This document shows positions 1 through 9,398 of a DNA stretch of 64,000 nucleotides, in pieces (the stretch's first letter is position 1; each line of letters starts with the position of its first letter). The translations under genes were made by a program, and so were the position numbers. Under the pieces are notes generated by a model. It ran no database searches and was not told the origin of the DNA. It saw only the letters and a program-made list of their open reading frames with translations. This DNA comes from an uncultured Chloroflexia bacterium (GTDB taxonomy: Bacteria > Chloroflexota > UBA6077 > JACCZL01): the NCBI GenBank assembly GCA_963765765.1, contig CAVXYC010000015.1, positions 64,001-128,000 on the forward strand. Reading direction: 5' to 3'.

Positions 1-327
1 GTCATTCTGGCGACCGTTGGACCGATGTCCGGCAAGTTCTCATTTCGGGCGCAGATCACCGAAAGCACGCCGCCCAGCCAGATGGTGACCGAGCTTATCG
101 GAACGGACTCGGTTACCAAGAGTACCGTCAGCTCATCTACCAACATGACGCTGGCCTCCGTGTCAGACGAGCAGACGGAGCTACGCTACGTCTCGAACGT
201 TGACATCAAAGGACGGCTTGCCATCCTGGGCGACATGGTAATGCGGGCAACGGCCACGCTTATGCTGGAAGAGTTCGGAAACCGCGTGAGGAGAGAGCTC
301 GAGGGCGGGCGGAGCACCGAAAGCTAA
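1..327 (+). CDS. CoxG/SRPBCC-family protein, 5'-truncated by window edge
   Basis: Frame open from base 1 (VILATVGPMSGKFSF...); C-terminal DIKGRLAILGDMVMRATA resembles CoxG. Confidence 0.7.
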   Translation, partial: VILATVGPMSGKFSFRAQITESTPPSQMVTELIGTDSVTKSTVSSSTNMTLASVSDEQTELRYVSNVDIKGRLAILGDMVMRATATLMLEEFGNRVRRELEGGRSTES

Positions 328-346
328 TCGGCTCTTTCACGGAGGC

Positions 347-378
347 CTGTCATCCTTCGCTGCGCTCCGGGATAACAG
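347..378. repeat. Collapsed copy of the GTCATCC palindromic element
   Basis: CTGTCATCCTTCGCTGCGCTCCGGGATAACAG corresponds to both ends of the full element at 34196-34282 joined at ATCCT. Confidence 0.7.
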
Positions 379-449
379 TGATCTGATACGAGGTCACCGT
401 CAATGGCTTAGAGCTCTGGTGAGACGATGTTGGCCGGATGCGTGCCTCA

Positions 450-498
450 GGTGGGATCAGCGCACGCCGTCTAGGTCGAGTGCGTTGCTGACCTCACC
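450..498. repeat. REP-like imperfect palindrome
   Basis: GGTGGGATCAGCGCACGC...GTGCGTTGCTGACCTCACC. Confidence 0.45.
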
Positions 499-545
499 CG
501 GACTCCCCTATCCTGACTGTTCTCAGGACCGATGGGGGTAGGCAG

Positions 546-2057
546 ATGGCAGATCACTATGACGTGATCGTGGCGGGTGGCGGGTCAGCGGGCTGTGCAG
601 CCGCCGTGCGTCTTTCGGAAGATTCGGGAAGACGTGTCCTACTGCTCGAAGCTGGCCCCGATCCTCGCCCAATTCCCGATATCGTGGCCAGGGCTTCGAT
701 GCAGACTCGACTGCTGCTCGAATCGCCGTACATGATGATGTACCCGACGCCGCGCACGATCGACGGGAGCACGTACTACAACCTCGCCGGCCGGATTATG
801 GGCGGCGGCTCCTCCGTCAATGTGATGTCCGTTATCCGACCGCTGAAGCATGATTTGGACACCTGGGAGTCGCTCGGCAATCCCAATTGGTCGTACGAGC
901 GGATGTTGCCGGTGATGAAGCGGATTGAGTCCGACCAGGACTTTCCGGACAGTCCGATTCACGGGGCCGATGGGCCTCTCTACGTGAAGCGCGGCTGGAC
1001 GCTGGACATGCCGGCTTCAGAGCCGGTTCGGGCGTTCATTGATCGCGCCGTGGCTATGGGCATGCCCATGTGCCCAGACCTGAACGTGCCGGACCCGCTC
1101 GGCGTTTGCGCATCGCCTTACGCGATCAAGGACGGCATGCGGCAATCGACAACCGTGGCTTATCTGGATCTGGCGCGCGATCGGTCAAACTTAACGATCC
1201 ACAGTGAGTCGCCGGTGATCTCGCTCAACGTGCAGGGTGACCGCGTGGAGAGTCTGGTTTATCGCTCGAACGGTGAGCTGCACACGGTCTCCGCCGATAG
1301 AATCGTGCTTAGCTCGGGTGTCTTCCATAGTCCACAAATTTTGATGCTTTCGGGCATCGGGCCGGCGCATGAGCTCGAACGTCTCGGCATTCCAGTGAAG
1401 CATCGCCTGGATGGCGTGGGCGAGAACCTACAGGACCATGCCAGCATCCACATGACCTTCGAAGGTCCCGCGGACTTCAAGGAGGATTGGGTCATTCCGC
1501 GTTTCCGCCTCATCTATAAGAGCGATCCCAGCCTACCGTGTGGGAACTTCCACATTTCCATGCGACCACCTACAGACGTGGCAGGCCTGAAGAGGATGAT
1601 GCCCGTGACGGCCAGCCTCATTGAGCAGCGCAGCCGTGGCAGGCTCACCCTCAATAGCGCCAATCCTGATGAGCAACCGGTGCACGCATGTCGAATGCTG
1701 GAGCACCCGGACGATATCGCGGCCGTGAAGTCAGCGATGCAGTTTATCTACGACCTCGTCCAGCACGAGTCGATGAAGAAGTACTACGGACCGCTCATCG
1801 TGCCCGCCGAGAATGACGACTGGGTAAAGTACGCACGAAGCACGCATGAAACGTATCAACACCCCGTTGGAACGTGCATGATGGGGCCCGCTGAGAACCC
1901 TATGTCCGTCGTAGACCAGAACTTGAAGGTTCACGGAATGCAGAACCTCTGGGTGGCTGACGCCTCGATCATGCCCACGGTCACTCACGCCAATACCAAC
2001 CTCACCGCGATCATGATCGGCGAGGTGCTTTCCGATGTGATCAAGGGGGAGAAGTAG
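546..2057 (+). CDS. GMC oxidoreductase (choline dehydrogenase family)
   Basis: GGGSAG FAD motif, LEAG, GRIMGGGSSVN, GVGENLQDH, HPVGTC, ADASIMP..NTN. Confidence 0.93.
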   Translation: MADHYDVIVAGGGSAGCAAAVRLSEDSGRRVLLLEAGPDPRPIPDIVARASMQTRLLLESPYMMMYPTPRTIDGSTYYNLAGRIMGGGSSVNVMSVIRPLKHDLDTWESLGNPNWSYERMLPVMKRIESDQDFPDSPIHGADGPLYVKRGWTLDMPASEPVRAFIDRAVAMGMPMCPDLNVPDPLGVCASPYAIKDGMRQSTTVAYLDLARDRSNLTIHSESPVISLNVQGDRVESLVYRSNGELHTVSADRIVLSSGVFHSPQILMLSGIGPAHELERLGIPVKHRLDGVGENLQDHASIHMTFEGPADFKEDWVIPRFRLIYKSDPSLPCGNFHISMRPPTDVAGLKRMMPVTASLIEQRSRGRLTLNSANPDEQPVHACRMLEHPDDIAAVKSAMQFIYDLVQHESMKKYYGPLIVPAENDDWVKYARSTHETYQHPVGTCMMGPAENPMSVVDQNLKVHGMQNLWVADASIMPTVTHANTNLTAIMIGEVLSDVIKGEK

Positions 2058-2092
2058 CTATTAGGTCCCATCCGTCCCATGGACACCCTCGC

Positions 2093-2512
2093 ATGTACGA
2101 GCTAAAGACCAAAATCAACGACGCCAGTGTCAAGGCGTTCCTTGATTCGGTCGAGAGTGAACAGCGCCGCGAGGACTCGCTGGTAATGCTCGATCTGCTG
2201 GGTGATGTGACCGGTCTGGAACCGGCGATGTGGGGATCCAGCATCGTGGGCTTTGGCTTCTATCACTACAAGTACGCCAGTGGTCATGAGGGCGACGCGG
2301 CGCGAATCGGCTTTTCGCCCCGCAAGGTGAACCTGGTCGTGTACATTATGCCCGGCTTCGAGCGCCACCATGAGCTCATGCAGAGGCTCGGGAAGTACAA
2401 GACCGGCAAATCGTGTCTGTACATCACCCGGCTGGCCGATGTGGACCTGAGCGTGCTTCGAGAGCTTGCCCGAGAGTCGTTCAACTGGATGAACGAGAAC
2501 TACCCGGACTAG
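2093..2512 (+). CDS. DUF1801 (YdhG-like) protein
   Basis: MWGSSIVGFG.YHYKYASG, GFSPRK, LGKYKTGKSCLYI. Confidence 0.9.
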   Translation: MYELKTKINDASVKAFLDSVESEQRREDSLVMLDLLGDVTGLEPAMWGSSIVGFGFYHYKYASGHEGDAARIGFSPRKVNLVVYIMPGFERHHELMQRLGKYKTGKSCLYITRLADVDLSVLRELARESFNWMNENYPD

Positions 2513-2606
2513 CTTGGAGTGCGGCCGTCGTCCCCGCTTCCGGCAGCGCGGAGACGTCGGCTTCCAGCCGGCAAGAGAGCGGCGACAACCGCCGCACTCC
2601 AAGCTA
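2510..2606. repeat. REP-like inverted doublet (TTGGAGTGCGGC family)
   Basis: 16-bp perfect terminal IR TAGCTTGGAGTGCGGC / GCCGCACTCCAAGCTA between convergent genes. Confidence 0.8.
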
Positions 2607-3917
2607 CGCGGGGATGGTTTCCGCTTGCACCGACACCGGCAGCTCCGGGCGTTTCAGAAACGAGATCAGCAATAGATTCACCACGCTCGCTGCGGCGAAG
2701 ATGAGCATGGCCACGCGATAACTGCCGGTGACATCGAATACGTAGCCGGCCATGAACGGCCCGGTGATCGTCCCAATCATCACTACCGGTTCCATGGCCC
2801 CGCCAATGCTGGCGTACGCCTTAACGCCGAAGAGATCGGCACGGAAGGCGGGTGTCATGGACGCGAGTCCGCCATAGGCCGGGGCAAACAGGAACATGAA
2901 CAACCAGATCTGCCAGGCGTTGTGAGCGTAGGCGACGATGATCAAACCAGCGATCAGGGCGACCAGGGAGCCCATGTAGACTCCCCGCATGCCAATACGA
3001 TCGCCAAGCCAACCCATGAGTAAGCGGCCGATGACGCTGACCAGAGCCAGGGCGCTCAGCATCCCGGCTGCCTCGGTGGTGCTCATGCCCAGGTCCTGCA
3101 TGAGCGCGGCGATGTGGATGATGACGGATGACGTAACCATGATCCGTAGGGCCACGGATGCGTTCAGAAGCCAGTACGCCGGGGTGGCCAGAGCTTGACG
3201 TAAGGTAAATCCAGGAAGCTCTGACAGCGTCACTTTACCTGCGGCACCGGTTTTTGATCTGGCGTGGTAATCCGGCGGTAGTGGGTCGCCATCGGGTAGC
3301 CAGCCGTACGGCTCCGGCCGATGGCGCATCACAAAGGCTGCCGGGATGCCAATGAGCAGGAACGCCACACCCATGATCACGGCAGCAGAGCGCCAGCCGG
3401 AGTTGTCGATCACCCAGCCGAGGGCCGGGGTCCACAGCGCTCCGCCAACGGGCACACCGATGCTCAGCATTCCCAGAGCCAGGGCTCGCTTGCGGTGAAA
3501 CCAATGAGCCACTGAGGCGCTCACACCGTCACCGGCGCCGATGGAGTCTCCGAGCGCAATGAACGCTACCCAGATGAAGTAGAAGACCACCAGCGGCGCC
3601 AGGTTGGACCATTCGGTAATGTTCGTCAGCGACGCGAGGACGAAGAATCCGAATGCGGTGATGGGCACGCCAATAAACATCATCACGCGCGGACCCAACC
3701 GGTCCACCAGGATTCCGGCGATCGGTCCCAGGATGCCGCCTTCTAGTCGGCCGAGTGAGAAGGCGCCCGAAACTTCAGCGCGGCTCCAGCCGAACTCGGT
3801 GCTGATGGGTAGGAGGAATAGGCCGGCTCCGTACGAGCGGGTAGCTGAAAGAAGTGCTGAGGCGACGCTGCCGGCCGCCACAATGTACCAGCCAAAAAAT
3901 ATACGGGGTCGTTGCAT
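2604..3917 (-). CDS. MFS transporter (OFA/MCT-like)
   Basis: Start at MQRPRIFFGWY; G.LVDRLGPR motif A, WFHRKRALALG, multiple TM segments. The longer ORF-track start runs into the IS. Confidence 0.9.
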   Translation of the reverse strand: MQRPRIFFGWYIVAAGSVASALLSATRSYGAGLFLLPISTEFGWSRAEVSGAFSLGRLEGGILGPIAGILVDRLGPRVMMFIGVPITAFGFFVLASLTNITEWSNLAPLVVFYFIWVAFIALGDSIGAGDGVSASVAHWFHRKRALALGMLSIGVPVGGALWTPALGWVIDNSGWRSAAVIMGVAFLLIGIPAAFVMRHRPEPYGWLPDGDPLPPDYHARSKTGAAGKVTLSELPGFTLRQALATPAYWLLNASVALRIMVTSSVIIHIAALMQDLGMSTTEAAGMLSALALVSVIGRLLMGWLGDRIGMRGVYMGSLVALIAGLIIVAYAHNAWQIWLFMFLFAPAYGGLASMTPAFRADLFGVKAYASIGGAMEPVVMIGTITGPFMAGYVFDVTGSYRVAMLIFAAASVVNLLLISFLKRPELPVSVQAETIPA

Positions 3918-3997
3918 TAAGGGTCCGAGACGTAGGATACCCGACCGCGCGACTCCTCGGACTGTGCGAAGAGCGATGGAGTGCGGCCCTCCTGCGC

Positions 3998-5511
3998 GGG
4001 TGCGCCCAAAACTTGTGACGTTTTCACCTCTAGGCCGCCTTGGCCCGTTGGGTGGCGTGTTGAGCACAGAGAACGATGAGTGCCTGGCCGCCACGCTCGG
4101 ACCAGCGGCAGCCAGAACGCTTCAGTCGCTGCTGAATGACGTGTTTGGCGCTCGATTCCACCGCCCCGGAGCCGATCGGGTACCCGGCGGCGCGATACTC
4201 CGGATACCGCATGCGCGCGCGATTGGTCTGGAAATAGGCCCGCTCCGTGGCGAGCGTCGCGCGCGCTGCGTCCGTGTCCGGGTCGACATCGCGGAGTCGC
4301 TCCAGCAGCGCTGCCGCCCCTGCCTCATACCGCCCCGTGAGACTCGCCTCGGCCCAGGTCGTCGCCGCGGCCGTGCCGTCGCCGTACACCGCCCGGGCCA
4401 CCGTCCAGACGTGCTCTGCGGCGTGGTACCAGTCGACGATCTCGAGCCGTTCACCGAACTGCTCCGCGGCGGCGGTCCAAATCCAGCGCGCTCCATCCCC
4501 GAGCACCAGCACCCGCCGCAGCGTGGCCATGCCCGGCTCCACGCCACTGCCCGCATAGGCGACCTCCTCCAGCCCGCCCCGCCGCGCGACCTCGGCGCCC
4601 CAGCGCCCGGCCCAGTCCACCACCGCGGCGCGGGCCGCGACGTAGCTTGGCGCGGCCACATGCCGCTGGTCGTGCGGCCGGCTCGGATCCCAGCCGCCGA
4701 CCACGCCGAGCTTCACCTCATGCCACCCATCCTGATAGCGCACCATGACGCCATCCGTCTCCGCGACCAGCTGATCGGGCGCCGGATTGACCGGTCCGCG
4801 GGCGCCTTGGTGCGTTCGACGATCGCCGCCTCATCCCGCAGCTGCGCGTCGAGGACAGCACCGACCGTTTCCGTGGTGCGGCGCACCGTCTCGGCGCTCA
4901 GCGAACCGGTCAACATGGTCAGTTGCTCCGTGGCCGTGTCGAACGGCAGCAGCGTGCCCAACGTCACCAGCCACTCCTGGAGGTTGGCGCTCATCCGCTG
5001 CTGGGGCTCAACACCGAGCGTCTGATCGGTGGGGCTCCAGCTCGCGCGGCAGGCCGGGCACTGGGCCCAGGGTCGCTCCCAGCGCACCGGACCGCAGGTG
5101 GTGTGCATCTGCCGGACGCGCCAGCCGCGCCGCCGACCCAGCCCGCCACACGCCGGGCAGCGCGGGCGATCGCGACGCATGCCCGGATCGAGCGTCCGCT
5201 GGGTCACTGTGATCAGTCCACCGACGAGTCGCGGAGCCAGGGCGCGGAGACCGTCGCGGACCACGGTCTCGAGCGCGCCGAGATCCGCGTCACGATGCTC
5301 CGCCGCCCAGGCCGCGAGATCGCGCACGAACGTGTCCAGCGGTGCAACAATGGCGTCGGGAAGGGTCGACCTGTCCATTGCAGGCGTCCTTTCTTGCGCT
5401 CTCCGGGACGGCTTCCATGTCCCGGAGAGCTTCCGATCAGAATTCCCCGAGCCTAGCCCAGGTCTGCGGTCACCAGCCCACCCGTCCCGTGCACAAGTTT
5501 GCGGCGCACCC
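3998..5511 (-). mobile_element. ISKra4-family insertion sequence (~1.5 kb), complete ends
   Basis: IRs GGGTGCGCCCAAAACTTGTG (3998-4017) and revcomp GGGTGCGCCGCAAACTTGTG (5492-5511), 18/20 identical; 9-bp TSD CTCCTGCGC at 3989-3997 and 5512-5520; GC higher than flanks. Confidence 0.93.
4030..5378 (-). CDS. ISKra4-family DDE transposase (one frameshift near 4790)
   Basis: N-terminal CPAC/CPAC Zn ribbon; ETDG, GDGARWIW, DWYHA, PIGSGAVES..K...RLKRSG.RW. Confidence 0.88.
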
Positions 5512-5527
5512 CTCCTGCGCGCCGTAC

Positions 5528-5556
5528 TAGCTAGATCTCAATGAGCGTGCTACGCT
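5528..5556 (+). promoter_or_regulatory. Putative sigma70 promoter of the Rieske oxygenase gene
   Basis: Extended -10 TGcTACGCT (5548-5556), weak -35 TAGCTA at 17-bp spacing; RBS GGAGG downstream. Confidence 0.35.
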
Positions 5557-5577
5557 TCACTCGCTAGCCGGAGGTGC

Positions 5578-6846
5578 ATGCCGATGTTGAATCAAGCTGA
5601 CAACGAGTATCTTTGCCGCGTTGGTCCTGGTACTCCGATGGGGACACTGCTGCGTCGATTCTGGATGCCAGCCATCATTTCCACGGAAGTTCCGGAGCCA
5701 GATTCTGCGCCCGTTCGTTTCACGCTCCTGACTGAGAAGCTTGTCGCCTTCCGTGACACCACCGGTCAGGTTGGTGTCGTGGCGGAGAACTGCCCCCATC
5801 GTGGAGCCTCGCTGTTCTTCGGGCGGAACGAGGAAGAGGGCCTGCGTTGCGTGTACCACGGTTGGAAGTTCGACGCCACCGGCGCGTGCGTTGATATGCC
5901 GAATGAGCCCCCGGAAAGCAATTTCAAGCATAAGGTCAAGGTGACCGCGTACCCCGCGGAGGAAGCCGGCGGGGTGGTCTGGGTCTACATGGGCCCGGCG
6001 GAGCACAAGCCGATCCTTCCGCGACCCGAGTGGACCCTCGTTCCACCCGAGCAGCGGGTCGTCAGTCGCTACTGGCAAGAGAACAATTGGGTCCAGGGGC
6101 TCGAGGGCGGGATCGACTCCAGCCACGTCTCGTACCTGCACAGCACGGTAAACTCCCACAAGGGTGATCTGAGCGACACGCGCATTCCATTCATGGCGCT
6201 TGATAAGGCGCCGCAGTTCCGTGTTGCCCAGACTGACTTCGGTCTGCTCATCGGTGCGCGCCGACGTGCTTCAGAGACCGAGGACTACTGGCGTGTGACG
6301 CCGTATTCATTGCCGTTCTACACTGTCATTCCGAACGCGCCGAACTCTAACGGCTACTTCGCGGGGCATGGCTGGGTACCGATCGACGATGAGAATCTCT
6401 CGATGGTCACGTATTCGTGGCATCCCACTCGACCTATGAGCGAGTTTGGTCCCAACGCGGGTCACCCTGCGCACTATGTCCGCAAGGGCCCAGACGGGCT
6501 GAAACCGCTCCAGTGCCGTGAGAACGATTACATGATCGATCGCGAAGCGCAGAAAACGACGAGCTTCACGGGTATCGAGAATGGCTCCATCCAGGATCGC
6601 GGAATTCAGGAGACGATGGGCCGGATCTACGATCGCACCAGGGAGCATCTGGGCGCCGCGGACACCGCGATCATCATGATGCGGCGACTTCTCATGAAGC
6701 TCGCGCGCGATCTGGAAGAAGGAAAAGAGCCGTACGCCGCTCAGCACGGCGAGCTGATGACGCTCCGCTCCGCCGGCTTCGTGGCCCCGAACCACATCTC
6801 GTTCGTGGATGCGAGCGAGCCGATCGTTCGAGCTGGAGCACGCTAG
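5578..6846 (+). CDS. Rieske aromatic oxygenase alpha subunit (phthalate 4,5-dioxygenase/LigXa-like)
   Basis: CPHR...CVYHGW Rieske motif; EGGIDSSHVSYLH mononuclear Fe motif; QD and EHLGAAD C-terminal motifs. Confidence 0.92.
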   Translation: MPMLNQADNEYLCRVGPGTPMGTLLRRFWMPAIISTEVPEPDSAPVRFTLLTEKLVAFRDTTGQVGVVAENCPHRGASLFFGRNEEEGLRCVYHGWKFDATGACVDMPNEPPESNFKHKVKVTAYPAEEAGGVVWVYMGPAEHKPILPRPEWTLVPPEQRVVSRYWQENNWVQGLEGGIDSSHVSYLHSTVNSHKGDLSDTRIPFMALDKAPQFRVAQTDFGLLIGARRRASETEDYWRVTPYSLPFYTVIPNAPNSNGYFAGHGWVPIDDENLSMVTYSWHPTRPMSEFGPNAGHPAHYVRKGPDGLKPLQCRENDYMIDREAQKTTSFTGIENGSIQDRGIQETMGRIYDRTREHLGAADTAIIMMRRLLMKLARDLEEGKEPYAAQHGELMTLRSAGFVAPNHISFVDASEPIVRAGAR

Positions 6847-6867
6847 CTAACACTTCTTCTGAACAGC

Positions 6868-6905
6868 AAAAAGGGCTGGGGAGCGAGAGCTCTCCAGCCC
6901 TTTTT
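6868..6905. terminator. Bidirectional intrinsic terminator
   Basis: AAAAAGGGCTGGGGAGC-gaga-GCTCTCCAGCCCTTTTT between convergent genes. Confidence 0.85.
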
Positions 6906-6921
6906 ACGTTGGTTCGGGGTC

Positions 6922-7743
6922 TTACTCGTCGTCCGCGTAATCGTGGTCAGGGTGATTCACTACGCCGACCTTCCAGTATCCCTGGGTGTGGATGACGTCT
7001 TTGGACATCCCAGCATCTTCGAGAAGAATGCTGCGTAGAGAACGCATGGTGGAGGACTCGCAGCCTACCCAGGCGCGGCCCTTGCCATCCTTCGGAAGCG
7101 GCAACTCCCGCAGAGCGGCTGCCAGCGGCGGAATGCCGTTGCTCGTGGCGCCGAGCGTGTGCAGCCAACGGATATCCAACGATGCGCCGGTATTGTAGGT
7201 TCGCTCATCCGACGCATCGGCCACTTCGGCGACGGCGAAGATCTTCTTGGAGGCCGGCAGTGTCTCGATGATCTCGCTCATCGCTGGAACACCGGCCAGG
7301 TCGGCTGCCAGTACGTACCAGTCCGCTTCCGTGTTCAGGCGGAATCGACCGCCGGGACCAGCCATCACCAGCACGTTACCCTCGCGGGCGCGTCGGGCCC
7401 AGTTGGAGCCAAGTCCGTCCTCATGAAGGACGATCTCGATGTCGAGCTCTGATGACTCGGGCCGCCACCGTCGGGGCGTATACGTACGACTGACGGGTCG
7501 CGGCACGTCGGAAGGGAACTGAGGTCCTTCCGCTCCCATCACGGGAAGCAGCGGCATGTCTTCACCTTCGGGTGGAAAAAAGACCTTGATGTGCTGCCCG
7601 GGACCGGGTGGGCCAAATGCCTCCGGATCCGGGCCGGTTACGGTCACTCGGACGAGTCGCGGATTTGCTCGGTCTACCTTTTTGACTTCGACCGTGCGGA
7701 GTCTTGGTCGCGGCCGCGCCGGTCGCTCGTTGGTCATTGTCAC
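6922..7743 (-). CDS. Siderophore-interacting protein (ViuB/YqjH, FAD-binding)
   Basis: HIKVFFP, RTYTPR, HEDGLGSNWA, GPGG, GYWK. Confidence 0.9.
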   Translation of the reverse strand: MTMTNERPARPRPRLRTVEVKKVDRANPRLVRVTVTGPDPEAFGPPGPGQHIKVFFPPEGEDMPLLPVMGAEGPQFPSDVPRPVSRTYTPRRWRPESSELDIEIVLHEDGLGSNWARRAREGNVLVMAGPGGRFRLNTEADWYVLAADLAGVPAMSEIIETLPASKKIFAVAEVADASDERTYNTGASLDIRWLHTLGATSNGIPPLAAALRELPLPKDGKGRAWVGCESSTMRSLRSILLEDAGMSKDVIHTQGYWKVGVVNHPDHDYADDE

Positions 7744-7834
7744 CTTGGATTACCCTCCTGATCGACTGTCGCCCCGGTAAGAAGCGCGGAACATCGATTC
7801 GTTCCAAATTAGGCGTGAAAGTGTATCCCGAGAT

Positions 7835-7853
7835 GGATGTTAGCCAGGCCTCA
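7835..7853 (-). promoter_or_regulatory. Possible DtxR/IdeR-like iron box
   Basis: TGAGGCCTGGCTAACATCC matches 12/19 of TTAGGTTAGGCTAACCTAA, upstream of the SIP gene. Confidence 0.25.
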
Positions 7854-7947
7854 GGCCTACGTTCAGAATACACAAAGCGGTGACGCATCGGCGCCGCGCA
7901 TCCGCGAAAATGCAAATCGTGCGACCGGGAGACCGAAGCGGGGCCGC

Positions 7948-9201
7948 TCAACTCACCGTGGCGATCTCGAACCCAGCGTCATAGTCCTCATGCACCGGCA
8001 CCTGGTGCGTGAGATGAATCTCACGGTGCTCTCGGGACGATTCGAGCATCGCGAGAACAACTTCAAGTGTGGCCATGCCCCAGCGGCCGTCGTGGTAGAC
8101 CGGTTCGCCCAGCACGACTGAGTCGTAAAGCTCGAGAAGCTCGGCTCGACGTCCTACTACGCCCGGAGCGTCGTCTAGCAGGATCTCGCGGCGACCTTCG
8201 TCACCGTAGACCGAGATGCCCTGTGCCGAGTGGCGGATATCTCCCCGCTCGCAGCTCACGATTACCATTCCGGCGGCGACGGGGAGCCAGTCCTTCCGCT
8301 GGGGCGCGTTCGGAGCGTGCAGCTCGGTGGCGCCGCCTATTCGAAGGTTCTGCTTATCGCTGTCTTCGTTCCGCGTTCCATCGCGCAGGGACTTGCGCAC
8401 GTTGACACGCTGTTCGGGGTTGTAGGCATGTGACTCACCGCCCCACGGCACCAGCTCGTGCGAGAGGAAGTAGCCATAGCCGTTGTGCATGATGGATGCG
8501 CTGACACCGCCATCGAGCTCCATGAACGCAGAGTAGAACCCCGCGATCGGTCGCTCCGGTTGCCACTCCCCGACCATGGCTCGGACGCTTCTGACGATGC
8601 CGCCACCCAGGACGCGGACCGTATCGATCTGATGGGGACCTTGCCGATACGGCACACCGCCGCCCTGTGATGGATCCAGCTCGTCCGCGGTGCGTGGACG
8701 GAGCATCCAATCGCTATATGCTGAGATGTTGATGTTGCGAACGCGGCCGAGCTCACCCGACTGGATGACCTTGCGCATGGCCCGGATCGGCGTGCTAAAG
8801 CTTGTGGTGTGACCAGCGAGCAGCTTTACGCCATTTTGGTCCGCCGCCGTACACATTTTCTCAGCTTCCGCCAGGGTGATGGCCATTGGCTTTTCTACGA
8901 CGACGTGCTTCCCATGATTAAGCGCGAGCAGCGCATGCGGCGCGTGGAATCGATTGGGCGTGGATACCCAGACGGCATCGACATTCGGATCGGCAGCGAG
9001 TGCTTCGGCTGACTCGTAGACGTGGGTCTCGGGGTAGCGCTCATGAAAGCGGTCCAGCACCTGGCGATTCGAGTCGGCGCAAGCGACTAGCTCAATCTCC
9101 GGGACTGTCCCTAGAGCCGGGAGGATCTCCGAGCCGCCCACACCGATGCCGATAATTCCGAGACGGAGACTTCTTGTTTGGTGGTCGATCTGGCTGGTCA
9201 T
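7948..9201 (-). CDS. Gfo/Idh/MocA oxidoreductase, phthalate cis-dihydrodiol dehydrogenase-like
   Basis: GIIGIG, STPNRFH, VEKPMA, W.LRPR..DELD..QGGGV.YRQGPHQID, G.WG.ATLEV. Confidence 0.85.
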   Translation of the reverse strand: MTSQIDHQTRSLRLGIIGIGVGGSEILPALGTVPEIELVACADSNRQVLDRFHERYPETHVYESAEALAADPNVDAVWVSTPNRFHAPHALLALNHGKHVVVEKPMAITLAEAEKMCTAADQNGVKLLAGHTTSFSTPIRAMRKVIQSGELGRVRNINISAYSDWMLRPRTADELDPSQGGGVPYRQGPHQIDTVRVLGGGIVRSVRAMVGEWQPERPIAGFYSAFMELDGGVSASIMHNGYGYFLSHELVPWGGESHAYNPEQRVNVRKSLRDGTRNEDSDKQNLRIGGATELHAPNAPQRKDWLPVAAGMVIVSCERGDIRHSAQGISVYGDEGRREILLDDAPGVVGRRAELLELYDSVVLGEPVYHDGRWGMATLEVVLAMLESSREHREIHLTHQVPVHEDYDAGFEIATVS

Positions 9202-9398
9202 CTTAAGTCCCTCGCTACGTAAGTCGGGGCCGATATCCGATGGGACTCAGGATATTCCTCGCTGGGGCTGGTCCGCTACGAGCAAGTAAAAATCCGCACG
9301 TGTAGCAGCCAGTTTAATTGGCCTTATCGCGGGTGAACCGAGCGCCGTTTTGGCTGTGCTCAGGTTTCCTGAACGTTTGGCCGGAGCTGCACCAGACG

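Noticed and set aside
4700-4810. Programmed frameshift in the transposase
   Set aside because: No slippery run is evident, this family normally uses one ORF, and the window is full of indel errors.
3604-5025. 473-aa plus-strand ORF and other long Arg/Pro-rich ORFs over the IS
   Set aside because: Antisense shadows of the GC-rich MFS and transposase genes; the ORF crosses the IS boundary and has no motifs.
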